The notes beneath the pieces are model-generated. The model had not been told where the DNA came from and searched no databases. It was given only the letters and a program-made list of their open reading frames with translations. A program made the translations under genes and the position numbers. 64,000 bases of DNA from an uncultured Eggerthella sp. (GTDB taxonomy: Bacteria; Actinomycetota; Coriobacteriia; Coriobacteriales; Eggerthellaceae): assembly GCA_900542065.1 (NCBI GenBank), contig UQLU01000001.1, positions 105,967 to 169,966 of the forward strand, written 5' to 3'. Positions within the stretch are counted from its first letter, which is position 1; every line of letters starts with the position of its first letter. Of this stretch, positions 19,360 through 30,520 are shown one piece after another.

Positions 19360-19556
19360 TGCCCAAGATGAAGACTCATCGCGGCACCGCAAAGCGTTTC
19401 CGCGTTACCGGTTCCGGTAAGATTATGCGCTCCAAGGCATACAAGTCTCACATCATGACCAAGAAAAGCCAGAAGCGTAAGCGTAATTTCCGTCACGAAA
19501 CTGAGGTTGCAACTGCTGACAACAAAGTAATCGCTCGCAACCTTGGTCTTCGCTAG
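19359..19556 (+). CDS. rpmI: 50S ribosomal protein L35
   Basis: 65 aa reading [24 protein letters not shown], a canonical L35. Confidence 0.9.
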   Translation: MPKMKTHRGTAKRFRVTGSGKIMRSKAYKSHIMTKKSQKRKRNFRHETEVATADNKVIARNLGLR

Positions 19557-19574
19557 TAAAAGGAGGAACACAGT

Positions 19575-19928
19575 ATGCCTCGTGTAAAGCGTGCAGTTAA
19601 CGCCCACAAGAAGCGCCGCACCGTTCTTAACCGTGCAAAGGGCTATTATGGCGCAAAGTCTCGTTCTTATCGTGCTGCTAAAGAGCAGGTACAGCATTCT
19701 TTGCAGTACCAGTATCGTGATCGTCGCGCAAAGAAGCGTGAGATTCGTCGTCTCTGGATTACTCGTATCAATGCTGCTGCTCGCATCAATGGTCTTTCTT
19801 ATTCCGTATTTATGAACGGTTTGAAGAAGGCTGGCGTTGAGTTGGATCGTAAGGTTCTTTCCGATATGGCTATTAACGATCCTGACGCATTTGCAGCATT
19901 GGCTGAAGTTGCTAAGAAGGCTCTGTAA
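19575..19928 (+). CDS. rplT: 50S ribosomal protein L20
   Basis: 117 aa reading [15 protein letters not shown]...[13 protein letters not shown], a canonical L20. RBS AAAGGAGGAA. Confidence 0.9.
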   Translation: MPRVKRAVNAHKKRRTVLNRAKGYYGAKSRSYRAAKEQVQHSLQYQYRDRRAKKREIRRLWITRINAAARINGLSYSVFMNGLKKAGVELDRKVLSDMAINDPDAFAALAEVAKKAL

Positions 19929-20010
19929 TTACTGGACTTTTGGGAAAGCTTTTAGTTTTGCCAAGTAGTCAGTAATTGTCTTGGAAAAGACATACTTCAC
20001 TTCAAATTGT

Positions 20011-20043
20011 AAGAAAGCTCGCCTAAGCGAGCTTTCTTTTTTT
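20011..20043 (+). terminator. Rho-independent terminator of the infC-rpmI-rplT operon
   Basis: 12-bp stem AAGAAAGCTCGC / GCGAGCTTTCTT with loop CTAA, followed by TTTTTTT. Confidence 0.7.
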
Positions 20044-20049
20044 GTGTAA

Positions 20050-20277
20050 CTACCTCCAGGGATCTTCTTCGAACTTCAAATCCTTAAGCGTTCCGTCATG
20101 ATAGTCCGAATAAGGATCATATAAGTCATCGTCTTCGTTTGCGCTTCTTATAGAGGGCTTTAATGGTTTGGTTGGCTTTGAGGATTTTTTTGTTTTTGAT
20201 AATTTGGATTTAAGTGGTTTGCTGCTTGGTTTCAATGTGTAACGTTTAGTTGATTTTTCGCTATTATAAGTATCCAT
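20050..20277 (-). CDS. Possible small Lys/Ser/Pro-rich basic protein with an acidic C-terminal tail
   Basis: 75-aa ORF of low complexity with no recognisable family. Confidence 0.2.
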   Translation of the reverse strand: MDTYNSEKSTKRYTLKPSSKPLKSKLSKTKKSSKPTKPLKPSIRSANEDDDLYDPYSDYHDGTLKDLKFEEDPWR

Positions 20278-20437
20278 GAGTTTCGCTTTTCTTTAACAAT
20301 AAGAAGTGAACGTATTACTTTGTTTAAGGTATCAAATTATAAACTGAGTAGTGATTGTTATCACGATATGACTTTTACTTGGATATGACTTGCTGGATGT
20401 ATACAGACCGTAGTCAATGAGGTAAGAAAGGACGCCA

Positions 20438-21490
20438 ATGAAGGTTGAAGTAATTTCAAAAGATGGGGAAGAAGTACGTTTGCTGGCTACGGCGGATGCT
20501 GATGAAATGGAGCGTGCTTTTACCGATGGCTTGGATGCTTTTATCCTGCAATACAATTTAAATACACTTAAAGGAGAATCCGCTTACGACAAAATCGTAA
20601 ACACCCTTCCTCAGGAAGAAGCTGACCAAGTTATTTATTCTTCAGTAGTTAACTTTCTTGTTCCTTTTGCTATATCTGAATACGGCAAAGCTCCTTTGGC
20701 TACGTATGATATTTCCTCAGAGGAAGTTCCTGCATCAGGCAAGCCTTTTGCTTTCCAGCTTACGTTCTTGGAAAAACCTCATTTTGAACTTTCAACCTAC
20801 GAGCCTGCTACCGTATCTATTTCCGCTAAGCCCGAAGTACAAGAAAGTGATATCGAAGAGCAAATGCTTATGCTTGCTCGTCAGATTGCGGCAGCTCAGC
20901 AAAATGAAGATCCTAATTCAGAAAAGCTTGTTGTCCCAGCTGTTACTGATACGTGGGTAAAAGAAAATTTCGGTGATTCTAATATCAATACCGTAGATGA
21001 TCTGCGTGAGCGCTTCCGCGCAACCTCAGAAGAAGAACTTGCTCTTCGTTACGAGCAGCTTAAGATGGCTGCAGCTATGGAAGCTTACGTTGATCGTTTC
21101 ACGGGCTCAGTTTCAGAAAAAATGCTTTCTGCTATGACGCAGGAATTGTTCGAAACTTTGGTTTCTGACTTGATTAGTGAAGGAACCAATTTTGAAGAAT
21201 TCGCAAAACAACAAGGCTTAACAGAAGATGAGGTAAAGGATTCTCTTTCTGCTCAAGCTGAAAGCCAGCTTATTCAAGGCTTCATTTTGGATGCTATTTT
21301 CGCTCACGAACAAATTGTTTTGCAGCCTACCGATTTACTGCAAGCATTAAAGAATATTGCGCCAGGTAAGGAAGAGGAGACCTTTGAGTCTATGCAAAAA
21401 TCTGGTCGTGCTTTCTTGCTTAAGCAAAGCGCTGAGCGCATGAAGGCTGCGGAATGGATCATGGATAATACAACTTTTGTTGTTGAATAA
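20438..21490 (+). CDS. tig: Trigger factor homolog that appears to lack the PPIase domain
   Basis: N-terminal domain (MKVEVISKDGEEVRL...AFQLTFLEKPHFELSTYEP) and C-terminal arm (NFEEFAKQQGLTEDEVKDSL...ILDAIFAHEQIVLQPTDL) resemble trigger factor. The 350-aa length leaves no room for the ~90-aa FKBP domain. Confidence 0.5.
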   Translation: MKVEVISKDGEEVRLLATADADEMERAFTDGLDAFILQYNLNTLKGESAYDKIVNTLPQEEADQVIYSSVVNFLVPFAISEYGKAPLATYDISSEEVPASGKPFAFQLTFLEKPHFELSTYEPATVSISAKPEVQESDIEEQMLMLARQIAAAQQNEDPNSEKLVVPAVTDTWVKENFGDSNINTVDDLRERFRATSEEELALRYEQLKMAAAMEAYVDRFTGSVSEKMLSAMTQELFETLVSDLISEGTNFEEFAKQQGLTEDEVKDSLSAQAESQLIQGFILDAIFAHEQIVLQPTDLLQALKNIAPGKEEETFESMQKSGRAFLLKQSAERMKAAEWIMDNTTFVVE

Positions 21491-21532
21491 GTTATTTCGC
21501 CACGGACCTGCCAAGATACGATAAACTAGAGA

Positions 21533-21550
21533 ACTGTGAACATGTTCACA
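21533..21550. promoter_or_regulatory. Perfect 18-bp palindrome CTGTGAACATGTTCACAG upstream of the EF-G paralog; a second 8-bp-stem palindrome lies at 21565-21585
   Basis: Read directly. GAAC-N2-GTTC core. Neither element is followed by a T tract. Confidence 0.35.
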
Positions 21551-21651
21551 GCAATCGGCCTCCTGTTTTGTCGATGGGCGACAAAATGGTTCAGACATAA
21601 CTTCGGGTTCTGAGGGGCTAAGACGAATCCGAAATGAAGGAAGTGGTATCT

Positions 21652-23712
21652 ATGGCAGCTCCCGCAACAGAGCATGTACGTAATATTGCACTTGTCGGTC
21701 AGGACGGTGCTGGTAAAACGTCGCTTGCAGAGGCAATGCTCCATATTTCAGGTAAAACTCCCCGAATGGGAACCACTCATGACGGAAAGTCTTATCTGGA
21801 TTATGACGAAGAAGAAATCAGGCGTCGTTTTACTTTAGGCACTTCAATTGCTCCTATTCCTTATGGTGATGACTACAAGATTAATCTTCTTGACACTTCT
21901 GGACAGGCCGACTTCTTAGGGGACACCTTAGCTACCATGCAAGTATGTGAGATGTGCATGTTTGTAGTTGACGCGGTAGCGGGTCCTCAAAATATGACTA
22001 CTCGCTTATGGCATGAAGCAGAAGTCATGCGTACTTCTCGTTGTGTATTCATCAATCATATCGACCGTGAAGGTGCTAACTTCGATGTAGCAATGGCTCA
22101 GCTGCACGCTCGTTTTGGTTCACGTTTGGGCGCTGTTACTATTCCTATTGGTGTCGATAGTGATTTCAAGGGTGTAATCGATATTCTTCGCATGAAAGCT
22201 CGCTATTTTGTTGACGGCGGAGAAAAAGTTGAAGATATTCCTGAAGAATTCGCTGATGCTGCCCAGATCGCTCGTGATAAGCTTTGCGATTTAGTAGCAG
22301 AGGCTGATGATGAGCTGATGATGAAATATCTTGATGGGGAAGAGCAGCTTTCTCAAGAAGAGCTCGAATCTCTCCTTCAAGAAGCTATTGCTCAGGAAAT
22401 CTTTATTCCTGTATTCGTTGGTTCAACCATTATTGAACAGGGCATTAAGGGAATCATGGATGATATTTGCACCTATTTCCCTCATCCTCGTCATCATGGT
22501 CCCTTCTATTTGGCTGATGGTTCAGAACTTCGTGTTGATGAAACGGGCGAACCTGCAGGATTTGTCTTTAAAACCATTTCCGACCCCTTTGTTGGTCGCC
22601 TGAGTTTTATTAAGGTTCTTTCGGGATATCTTGAGCCTTCGACTGAAATGGTTAACGCTCGTACGGGCAAGAAAGAACGTCTTGGTCATATTTATGTCAT
22701 GATGGGCAAAGAGCCTATGGATGTTAAGAGCGCAAAAGCTGGCGACATTGTAGTAGTTCCTAAGCTCACTGAAACCAAGACAGGCGATACCCTTTCTAAG
22801 AGTGGTTCTATCGAAGTCGATCCTTTGCCTTTGCCTGTTCCTCAGTATCCTGTTTGCGTTGTTGCCAAGAACAAAGCAGACGAAGATAAGCTCGGTACCT
22901 TCTTGGCTCGCCAGGCTGAGGTTGATCCTACCATTCAGCTTACCCGTAATGAAGAAACTCATCAGCAGATTCTCTACACCATGGGTGATATGCAGGTGGA
23001 TGTGTTACTCAACCGCCTGAAAGCTCAAACAGGGGTAGAGGTTGATCTTGTTCCTGTTCGTATTCCTTATCGTGAAACCATCACGAAGCAGGCAGAAGCT
23101 CAGGGTAGACACAAGAAGCAGACGGGCGGTTCAGGTCAGTTTGGTGATTGCTGGTTGCGTTTAGCTCCAAATCCTGGCGAAGGTTACGAGTTCAAGAATG
23201 AAGTTGTAGGCGGTCGTATTCCTAAGAATTTGATTCCTGCTGTAGATAAGGGCGTTCAGGAAGCTATGCAAGAAGGATTCCTTGCGGGATATCCTATGGT
23301 TGATATTTGCTGCACGGTATATGACGGCTCCTATCATTCGGTTGACTCTAATGAAATGGCCTTCAAGACCGCAGCTCGTATTGGCTTTAGAGCAGCATGT
23401 GAACAGGCAGCACCCGTTATTCTTGAACCAATGGCAGATATGAGTATTGTTGTTGGTGAAGAATATGCTGGTACCGTAATGGGTGATGTGGCAACACGTC
23501 GTGGCCGTATTGTTGGTACTGACTCTGACGATGCGGGCGATACCATCATCGTAGTTCGTGTCCCTTATGCAGAGGTAGTATCTTATACAAAAGACCTGCG
23601 TGCTATGACGCGTGGTTCTGGCACTTATTCGCTCGAGATTAATGGATATGAGCCTGCGCCTTTTGATGTTCAGCAAAAGTTAGTTGAGGAATATCAGGCA
23701 TCTCGCAAGTAG
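21652..23712 (+). CDS. Elongation factor G paralog (EF-G2-like translational GTPase)
   Basis: G domain with G1 GQDGAGKTS and G3 DTSGQADF, plus EF-G domains II to V. ATG at 21652 has an AAGGAAG RBS. The gene is not in an rpsL-rpsG-fusA-tuf context. Confidence 0.8.
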   Translation: MAAPATEHVRNIALVGQDGAGKTSLAEAMLHISGKTPRMGTTHDGKSYLDYDEEEIRRRFTLGTSIAPIPYGDDYKINLLDTSGQADFLGDTLATMQVCEMCMFVVDAVAGPQNMTTRLWHEAEVMRTSRCVFINHIDREGANFDVAMAQLHARFGSRLGAVTIPIGVDSDFKGVIDILRMKARYFVDGGEKVEDIPEEFADAAQIARDKLCDLVAEADDELMMKYLDGEEQLSQEELESLLQEAIAQEIFIPVFVGSTIIEQGIKGIMDDICTYFPHPRHHGPFYLADGSELRVDETGEPAGFVFKTISDPFVGRLSFIKVLSGYLEPSTEMVNARTGKKERLGHIYVMMGKEPMDVKSAKAGDIVVVPKLTETKTGDTLSKSGSIEVDPLPLPVPQYPVCVVAKNKADEDKLGTFLARQAEVDPTIQLTRNEETHQQILYTMGDMQVDVLLNRLKAQTGVEVDLVPVRIPYRETITKQAEAQGRHKKQTGGSGQFGDCWLRLAPNPGEGYEFKNEVVGGRIPKNLIPAVDKGVQEAMQEGFLAGYPMVDICCTVYDGSYHSVDSNEMAFKTAARIGFRAACEQAAPVILEPMADMSIVVGEEYAGTVMGDVATRRGRIVGTDSDDAGDTIIVVRVPYAEVVSYTKDLRAMTRGSGTYSLEINGYEPAPFDVQQKLVEEYQASRK

Positions 23713-23881
23713 ATTGATAAATCTAGGATTTGCTGAGCGTTAACGAGACTTTCATAGTTTATTTTTCGCAAACCCAGGTTTGTTCTCCTTTGATGACAGA
23801 CCTGGGTTGTTTAATGCAAAGCTTGTTTGTTTTGATTGTAAGATTCTGGCTGATAAAGCTTCTTTGCTTAATTCCGCTTTA

Positions 23882-24859
23882 TTAAGAAATTAAAGAAGGA
23901 TCGAAGAGCACATTTAAATCGACATTTGCCTGAATGCCCGAAACGCTTCCTGTTGATGTGTATTGCCACATAACAATTGGAGTTGATGTTGTGGGTACTG
24001 TGTCGTTATATTCGGCATACCAAATGTCTTCTTTAAGGCTGCCTAGATCATAGCGTGCTAAATCATGCTGATTTCCATACACCAATGTTGAATATCCTGC
24101 TTGTTTAATGCGATTGCAAAAAGCTTCTGCATTCTTTGTGCACTGTTCTGCGCTTAAATTATTGGCTCGTGCATTATGGTTCGGCATGTCTTCAAGGTCA
24201 TAAGCAATAGGGCAAGTAACATTCATTCCTTCGATAAGCTGTAATACGTATTCAGCTTCTTCTATTGCTTCATCTTCAGTAACTGCCTGAGAAAAGAAAT
24301 ACACACCGAAGGGAACTCCTGCTGCTTGAGCGCCGTCTGCATTAGAGTAAAACGTTTCATCCGCAAACATATTTCCCTGGGTGTAACCACGGCTTCCACA
24401 ACGAATCATTGCGAAATCGATACCATCATTTGCTACCGCATTCCAATCAATAGTGCCCTGATGGCTCGATACATCAATACCCGTCTTAGAGGTTATTTGT
24501 CCAGCTTGTTGGTATACCATGCGTCCATTTTCTTGCGTTAGGTTATTCCAATCATAATCGCGTGAATGGCTGCAACTTTGAATTCCAATAGTAAGAAGAA
24601 TAATGAGGGCAAGGATTCCTATAACGAGTGCTACTAATTTCGTTGGAAATGGTTGTGATTTGGTAGAGTAGGTAGCGCTATAGGGGCGTGAGGTAGTTTT
24701 CGTTTTCGATGTTGAATAGCTCTTACGCGAATAAGAATTATAGACATGGGGAGTGTGAGAGCGCTGAGCATGTGAGCTTGCGCGATGTTTAGCCGTAGTC
24801 CTTCTAGTTGATCTACTAGAGGTTTGTGGCGAATGTTTCTTGTTTCGATACGATGTCAT
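23882..24859 (-). CDS. Membrane-anchored GH25 muramidase (lysozyme) with a basic Ser/Thr/Arg/Tyr-rich cytoplasmic N-terminal tail
   Basis: GIDVSSHQGTIDWNAVANDGIDFAMIRCG is the GH25 catalytic-region signature. The protein has an ~80-aa low-complexity N-terminus followed by one TM. Confidence 0.8.
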   Translation of the reverse strand: MTSYRNKKHSPQTSSRSTRRTTAKHRASSHAQRSHTPHVYNSYSRKSYSTSKTKTTSRPYSATYSTKSQPFPTKLVALVIGILALIILLTIGIQSCSHSRDYDWNNLTQENGRMVYQQAGQITSKTGIDVSSHQGTIDWNAVANDGIDFAMIRCGSRGYTQGNMFADETFYSNADGAQAAGVPFGVYFFSQAVTEDEAIEEAEYVLQLIEGMNVTCPIAYDLEDMPNHNARANNLSAEQCTKNAEAFCNRIKQAGYSTLVYGNQHDLARYDLGSLKEDIWYAEYNDTVPTTSTPIVMWQYTSTGSVSGIQANVDLNVLFDPSLIS

Positions 24860-24972
24860 GTGCTGATTGTATCAGTGATTAGGTATCTGTTGGCTTTCTG
24901 TTACAACTCTACGATAGAATACAAAGGTTATAACTTTTATAGTTTCCTCCCAATGTGATAGGAGTTAATTGT

Positions 24973-26796
24973 ATGTGTGGAATTGTTGGCTATACCGGTT
25001 CACTTCAGGCAAAAGAAGTTTTGCTTGAAGGTTTGAAGCGTTTGGAATATCGCGGTTATGATTCTGCGGGTATTGCAGTATTTGATGGCGATAAATTAAA
25101 TATCGTAAAACGCTTGGGTAAAGTATCGGAATTGGTTGATGCCCTTGGACCTCAAACCTGTGTTGGCACGTGTGGCATTGGTCATACTCGTTGGGCAACC
25201 CATGGTGCTCCTTCCGAGCGTAATGCACATCCGCATACGAGCTGTGCATCCGATATTGCAGTAGTTCATAACGGTATTATTGAAAACTTTACTGAACTCC
25301 GCGAAGAACTTATTGCGAGAGGTCATACCTTTGAATCTGATACCGATACAGAAGTAGCTGCTCATCTTGTTGAGGAAGCTTATAACGGTGATCTGTTAGA
25401 AGCGGTACGTAGTGCTGCTTCAAGGCTTGTTGGCGCATATGGTCTTGCTGTTACCTGCGAACAAGAACCAGGCACAATTGTAGTAACGCGTAAAGATTCT
25501 CCCATTGTGCTTGGCGCAGCAGAAAATGGTAGTTATGTTGCATCTGACATTATTGCTGTTATTGAAGCAACACGTGACGTTGTCATTATGGAAGACAATC
25601 AATTTGCTGTTATGAAGCCTGAAGGCATTACGTATTTTGATCAGGATGGTAAAGAAATTCATCCAGAAATTACCCATGTTGACTGGGACATTGATGTTGC
25701 AGAAAAAGGCGGTTATCCCGACTTTATGTTAAAGGAAATTCACGAACAGCCTCGCGTAGTTCGTGATACCTTGGCAGGCCGTATGTCTGGTCGAGAAATC
25801 AAGATCGATGAGCTTACTCTTACTCGCCAAGAGCTTAACTATATTGATCGTGTCTACATTATCGGATGCGGTACGTCGTATCATGCAGGTCTTATCGCTA
25901 AGAATTTGATTGAGGCATGGGCTCGAATTCCTACTGAGGTAGAAGTAGCAAGTGAATTCCGCTACCGTAATCCTATTATTACTCCTACTACTTTGGTTGT
26001 TGCTGTTTCTCAGTCGGGTGAAACGGCAGATACGCTTGCCGCAATTCGTGATGCACGTATTAAGGGCGCTAAAGTTTTTGGTATTACTAACGTTATTGGT
26101 TCTCCTGTTGCGCGAGAATCTGATGGTGTTATTTATACAAAGGCTAATAAAGAAATTGCAGTTGCTTCAACCAAATCATTTATTGGTCAGGTTGTAAGTT
26201 TGACCTTGTTGGCAATGTTGCTTGGTCGTGTGAAGGGTAAGTTAACGCTGAACATGACTCGCATGCTCTTTACTGAGCTTGCAGATACTGCTGATCAAAT
26301 TGAGGCAATTCTTGATGATACTTCGGTAATTGAAGAAGCTGCTCATTTCTTTGATGGCCGAGATTCAACCCTCTACATTGGTCGTGGATTAGGTGAAGCA
26401 GTATGTTACGAAGGTGCATTAAAGCTTAAAGAAATTAGTTATATTCATGCGGAAGCTTATGCTGCAGGCGAAATGAAGCATGGTCCTATTGCATTGTTGG
26501 ATGATGGTTTCCCTATTGTTGCTGTTGTTACGCAGAGTGCAACCTACGATAAAACCCTTTCCAATTTGGAAGAGTCCAAATCTCGTGGCGCCAAGATTAT
26601 TGCAATAGCTACCGAAGGCGACGAAAACGTTAAAAAGGTTGCGGACCATGTAATCTATATTCCAAAAGTTCGTGATTCGTTTATGCCTATTACTGCAAGT
26701 GTTCCTTTACAGTTGTTGGCACGTGCGGTTGCGGTTGCTCGTGGTTGTGATGTAGACCAGCCACGTAACTTGGCAAAGTCTGTTACCGTAGAATAA
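24973..26796 (+). CDS. glmS: Glutamine--fructose-6-phosphate aminotransferase (isomerising)
   Basis: Starts MCGIVGY, giving the N-terminal nucleophile Cys after Met removal, and has two SIS domains. Ends ...KSVTVE. Confidence 0.95.
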   Translation: MCGIVGYTGSLQAKEVLLEGLKRLEYRGYDSAGIAVFDGDKLNIVKRLGKVSELVDALGPQTCVGTCGIGHTRWATHGAPSERNAHPHTSCASDIAVVHNGIIENFTELREELIARGHTFESDTDTEVAAHLVEEAYNGDLLEAVRSAASRLVGAYGLAVTCEQEPGTIVVTRKDSPIVLGAAENGSYVASDIIAVIEATRDVVIMEDNQFAVMKPEGITYFDQDGKEIHPEITHVDWDIDVAEKGGYPDFMLKEIHEQPRVVRDTLAGRMSGREIKIDELTLTRQELNYIDRVYIIGCGTSYHAGLIAKNLIEAWARIPTEVEVASEFRYRNPIITPTTLVVAVSQSGETADTLAAIRDARIKGAKVFGITNVIGSPVARESDGVIYTKANKEIAVASTKSFIGQVVSLTLLAMLLGRVKGKLTLNMTRMLFTELADTADQIEAILDDTSVIEEAAHFFDGRDSTLYIGRGLGEAVCYEGALKLKEISYIHAEAYAAGEMKHGPIALLDDGFPIVAVVTQSATYDKTLSNLEESKSRGAKIIAIATEGDENVKKVADHVIYIPKVRDSFMPITASVPLQLLARAVAVARGCDVDQPRNLAKSVTVE

Positions 26797-26851
26797 AAGC
26801 ATTAATTCTTATTCAAGTTTGTCTTGAAGGATTCGAAAAGAGTAATTAGCT

Positions 26852-27403
26852 TTGAAAGATACAGAGAAACTATCGCAAGATGAGGCGCTTCAGGGCGCTT
26901 CATCTGCTGTTTTGCCTGATTCTGTTTCCCTTGGAGTGGATATTGTAGAAATTGAACGTATGAGGGCTATCCTAAAGCGATCTCCTGCGTTTGCTCGACG
27001 TGCTTTTTCTGAAGAGGAACAGGCGTATTGTAATGCAACTGCCGCTCCTGAATTTCACTATGCAACAAGGTTTGCTGCAAAAGAAGCCGTGGTAAAAGCG
27101 CTTGGTACGGGGTTTTCTTCGGGTATTGGGATTAAAGATATTGAAGTGTCGCTTGATAGTAAGGGCAAGCCACGTGTAGTGTTGCATGGTAGAGCAAAGG
27201 AAATCTTTGAAGAGAAGAATATTGAAGAGCTTCCTCTTTCTCTTTCTTATACCCATAAAGAAGCAGTAGCTTGCGCAATGGCTTTAACGGGCGATGTCCG
27301 CAAGGCAACGGAGCGAAAAATTAGCCCAACTGAAGCTCTTACTCGACAATTTAAAGAAGTACGCTCGCTCCTAGACGATATCGATACAAAAGAAAGTCGG
27401 TAA
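26852..27403 (+). CDS. acpS: Holo-[acyl-carrier-protein] synthase with N- and C-terminal extensions (start uncertain)
   Basis: GVDIVEIERMRAIL...RFAAKEAVVKALGTG is the AcpS core. The frame opens with TTG and no ATG is available before the core. Confidence 0.7.
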   Translation: MKDTEKLSQDEALQGASSAVLPDSVSLGVDIVEIERMRAILKRSPAFARRAFSEEEQAYCNATAAPEFHYATRFAAKEAVVKALGTGFSSGIGIKDIEVSLDSKGKPRVVLHGRAKEIFEEKNIEELPLSLSYTHKEAVACAMALTGDVRKATERKISPTEALTRQFKEVRSLLDDIDTKESR

Positions 27404-27408
27404 AAGAA

Positions 27409-28269
27409 ATGGAACAGAAAGAACTTGCTTCATTAATTCCTTATCCAGCCGATGATGCCCATAAGTATTCTCGTGGTAAATGCGTTCTACTTGCTGGATG
27501 TGCCCCTTACCCAGGGGCTGCTTGCCTTGCGGCTCGTGCATCGCAGTATGCAGGAGCAGGGTATACGCAAGTGTTTACCGCATTTGAAAACAAATTAACG
27601 CTTCGTTTGTATAGACCTTCTTTAGTGGTGAATTCTTTTGAGGAATTCTTTCCATTGCAGGCGCTTAAACCAGGTAGCAAAGGTGCTTTTGTAGTGGGTC
27701 CTGGCTTTGAAGCTGACGATCTTCATATTTTGTCCCTTATAGAATCCGTACTTAATTACGCAGCACGTCCTGTTCTTGTAGACGGGGGTGCCCTTTCGTA
27801 TTTACCTGCCTTGCGTGAAGACTCTACCTGGCCAAATACTCTTACGCTTCTTTCGGGATCTTTGATTTTGACTCCTCACCATGGTGAAGCGGTAAAACTT
27901 GGTGAGCCGTTTAACATTGATGTGACCTCTATGTCTCGAGAAGAAGCAGCTAAGCAACTTGCAACGTATTACAACGCTACTGTTGTGTTAAAAGGAGCAG
28001 ATACTGTTGTTGCTCAGCATGATAGACATGAAGTTATAACGTTTGGCAGTGCAGTTTTATCTAAAGCAGGAACAGGAGATGTGTTAGCAGGCACTATTGG
28101 TGGACTGTTAGCGCAAGATATGGATCCCTATGAGGCTTGCATTTTGGGTGTTTCGATTCATGCCAAAGCAGGTTTGTTAGCGCAAGATAAGTACGGCATG
28201 GTAAGTGCAAGTGCCGAAGAGGTATTAGAGAATATTCCAGGCGCTTTTTTGTCATATCAAGAAAACTAA
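27409..28269 (+). CDS. nnrD: ADP-dependent NAD(P)H-hydrate dehydratase (YjeF C-terminal domain)
   Basis: 286 aa carbohydrate-kinase-like fold with GPGFEADD...GTGDVLAGTIGGLLAQ motifs. It sits in the common acpS-adjacent position. Confidence 0.75.
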   Translation: MEQKELASLIPYPADDAHKYSRGKCVLLAGCAPYPGAACLAARASQYAGAGYTQVFTAFENKLTLRLYRPSLVVNSFEEFFPLQALKPGSKGAFVVGPGFEADDLHILSLIESVLNYAARPVLVDGGALSYLPALREDSTWPNTLTLLSGSLILTPHHGEAVKLGEPFNIDVTSMSREEAAKQLATYYNATVVLKGADTVVAQHDRHEVITFGSAVLSKAGTGDVLAGTIGGLLAQDMDPYEACILGVSIHAKAGLLAQDKYGMVSASAEEVLENIPGAFLSYQEN

Positions 28270-28345
28270 CTTTTTGAAATACATAGCAATTTAGAGGTCA
28301 TTTTAAGAGAAGCGGCGATTTAGCTGAGCTAATTAATAGTTTTAA

Positions 28346-30487
<2,142 letters not shown>

Positions 30488-30520
30488 TCAACGAGTGATA
30501 TAAAGGACGTTAGAAACACT

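Noticed and set aside
21533-21550. LexA/Cheo-box (SOS box) interpretation of GTGAACATGTTCAC
   Set aside because: The Gram-positive and actinobacterial SOS box is GAAC-N4-GTTC. Here the spacer is N2 (GAAC-AT-GTTC), so it is not a canonical LexA site, and dinB at 4868-6319 has no such box nearby. I kept it as a generic palindrome only.
23882-24859. Prophage or defence-island interpretation of the GH25 lysozyme and Ltp-repeat genes
   Set aside because: No integrase, terminase, capsid or tail genes, attachment-site repeats or tRNA gene lie nearby. The flanking genes are core housekeeping (EF-G paralog, glmS; phosphohexomutase), so a resident autolysin or envelope protein is more parsimonious.
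24860-24972. Possible glmS ribozyme upstream of glmS
   Set aside because: The leader is only ~110 nt and lacks the conserved glmS ribozyme core elements. It has only a small hairpin GCTGATTGTATCAGT. I did not call it.
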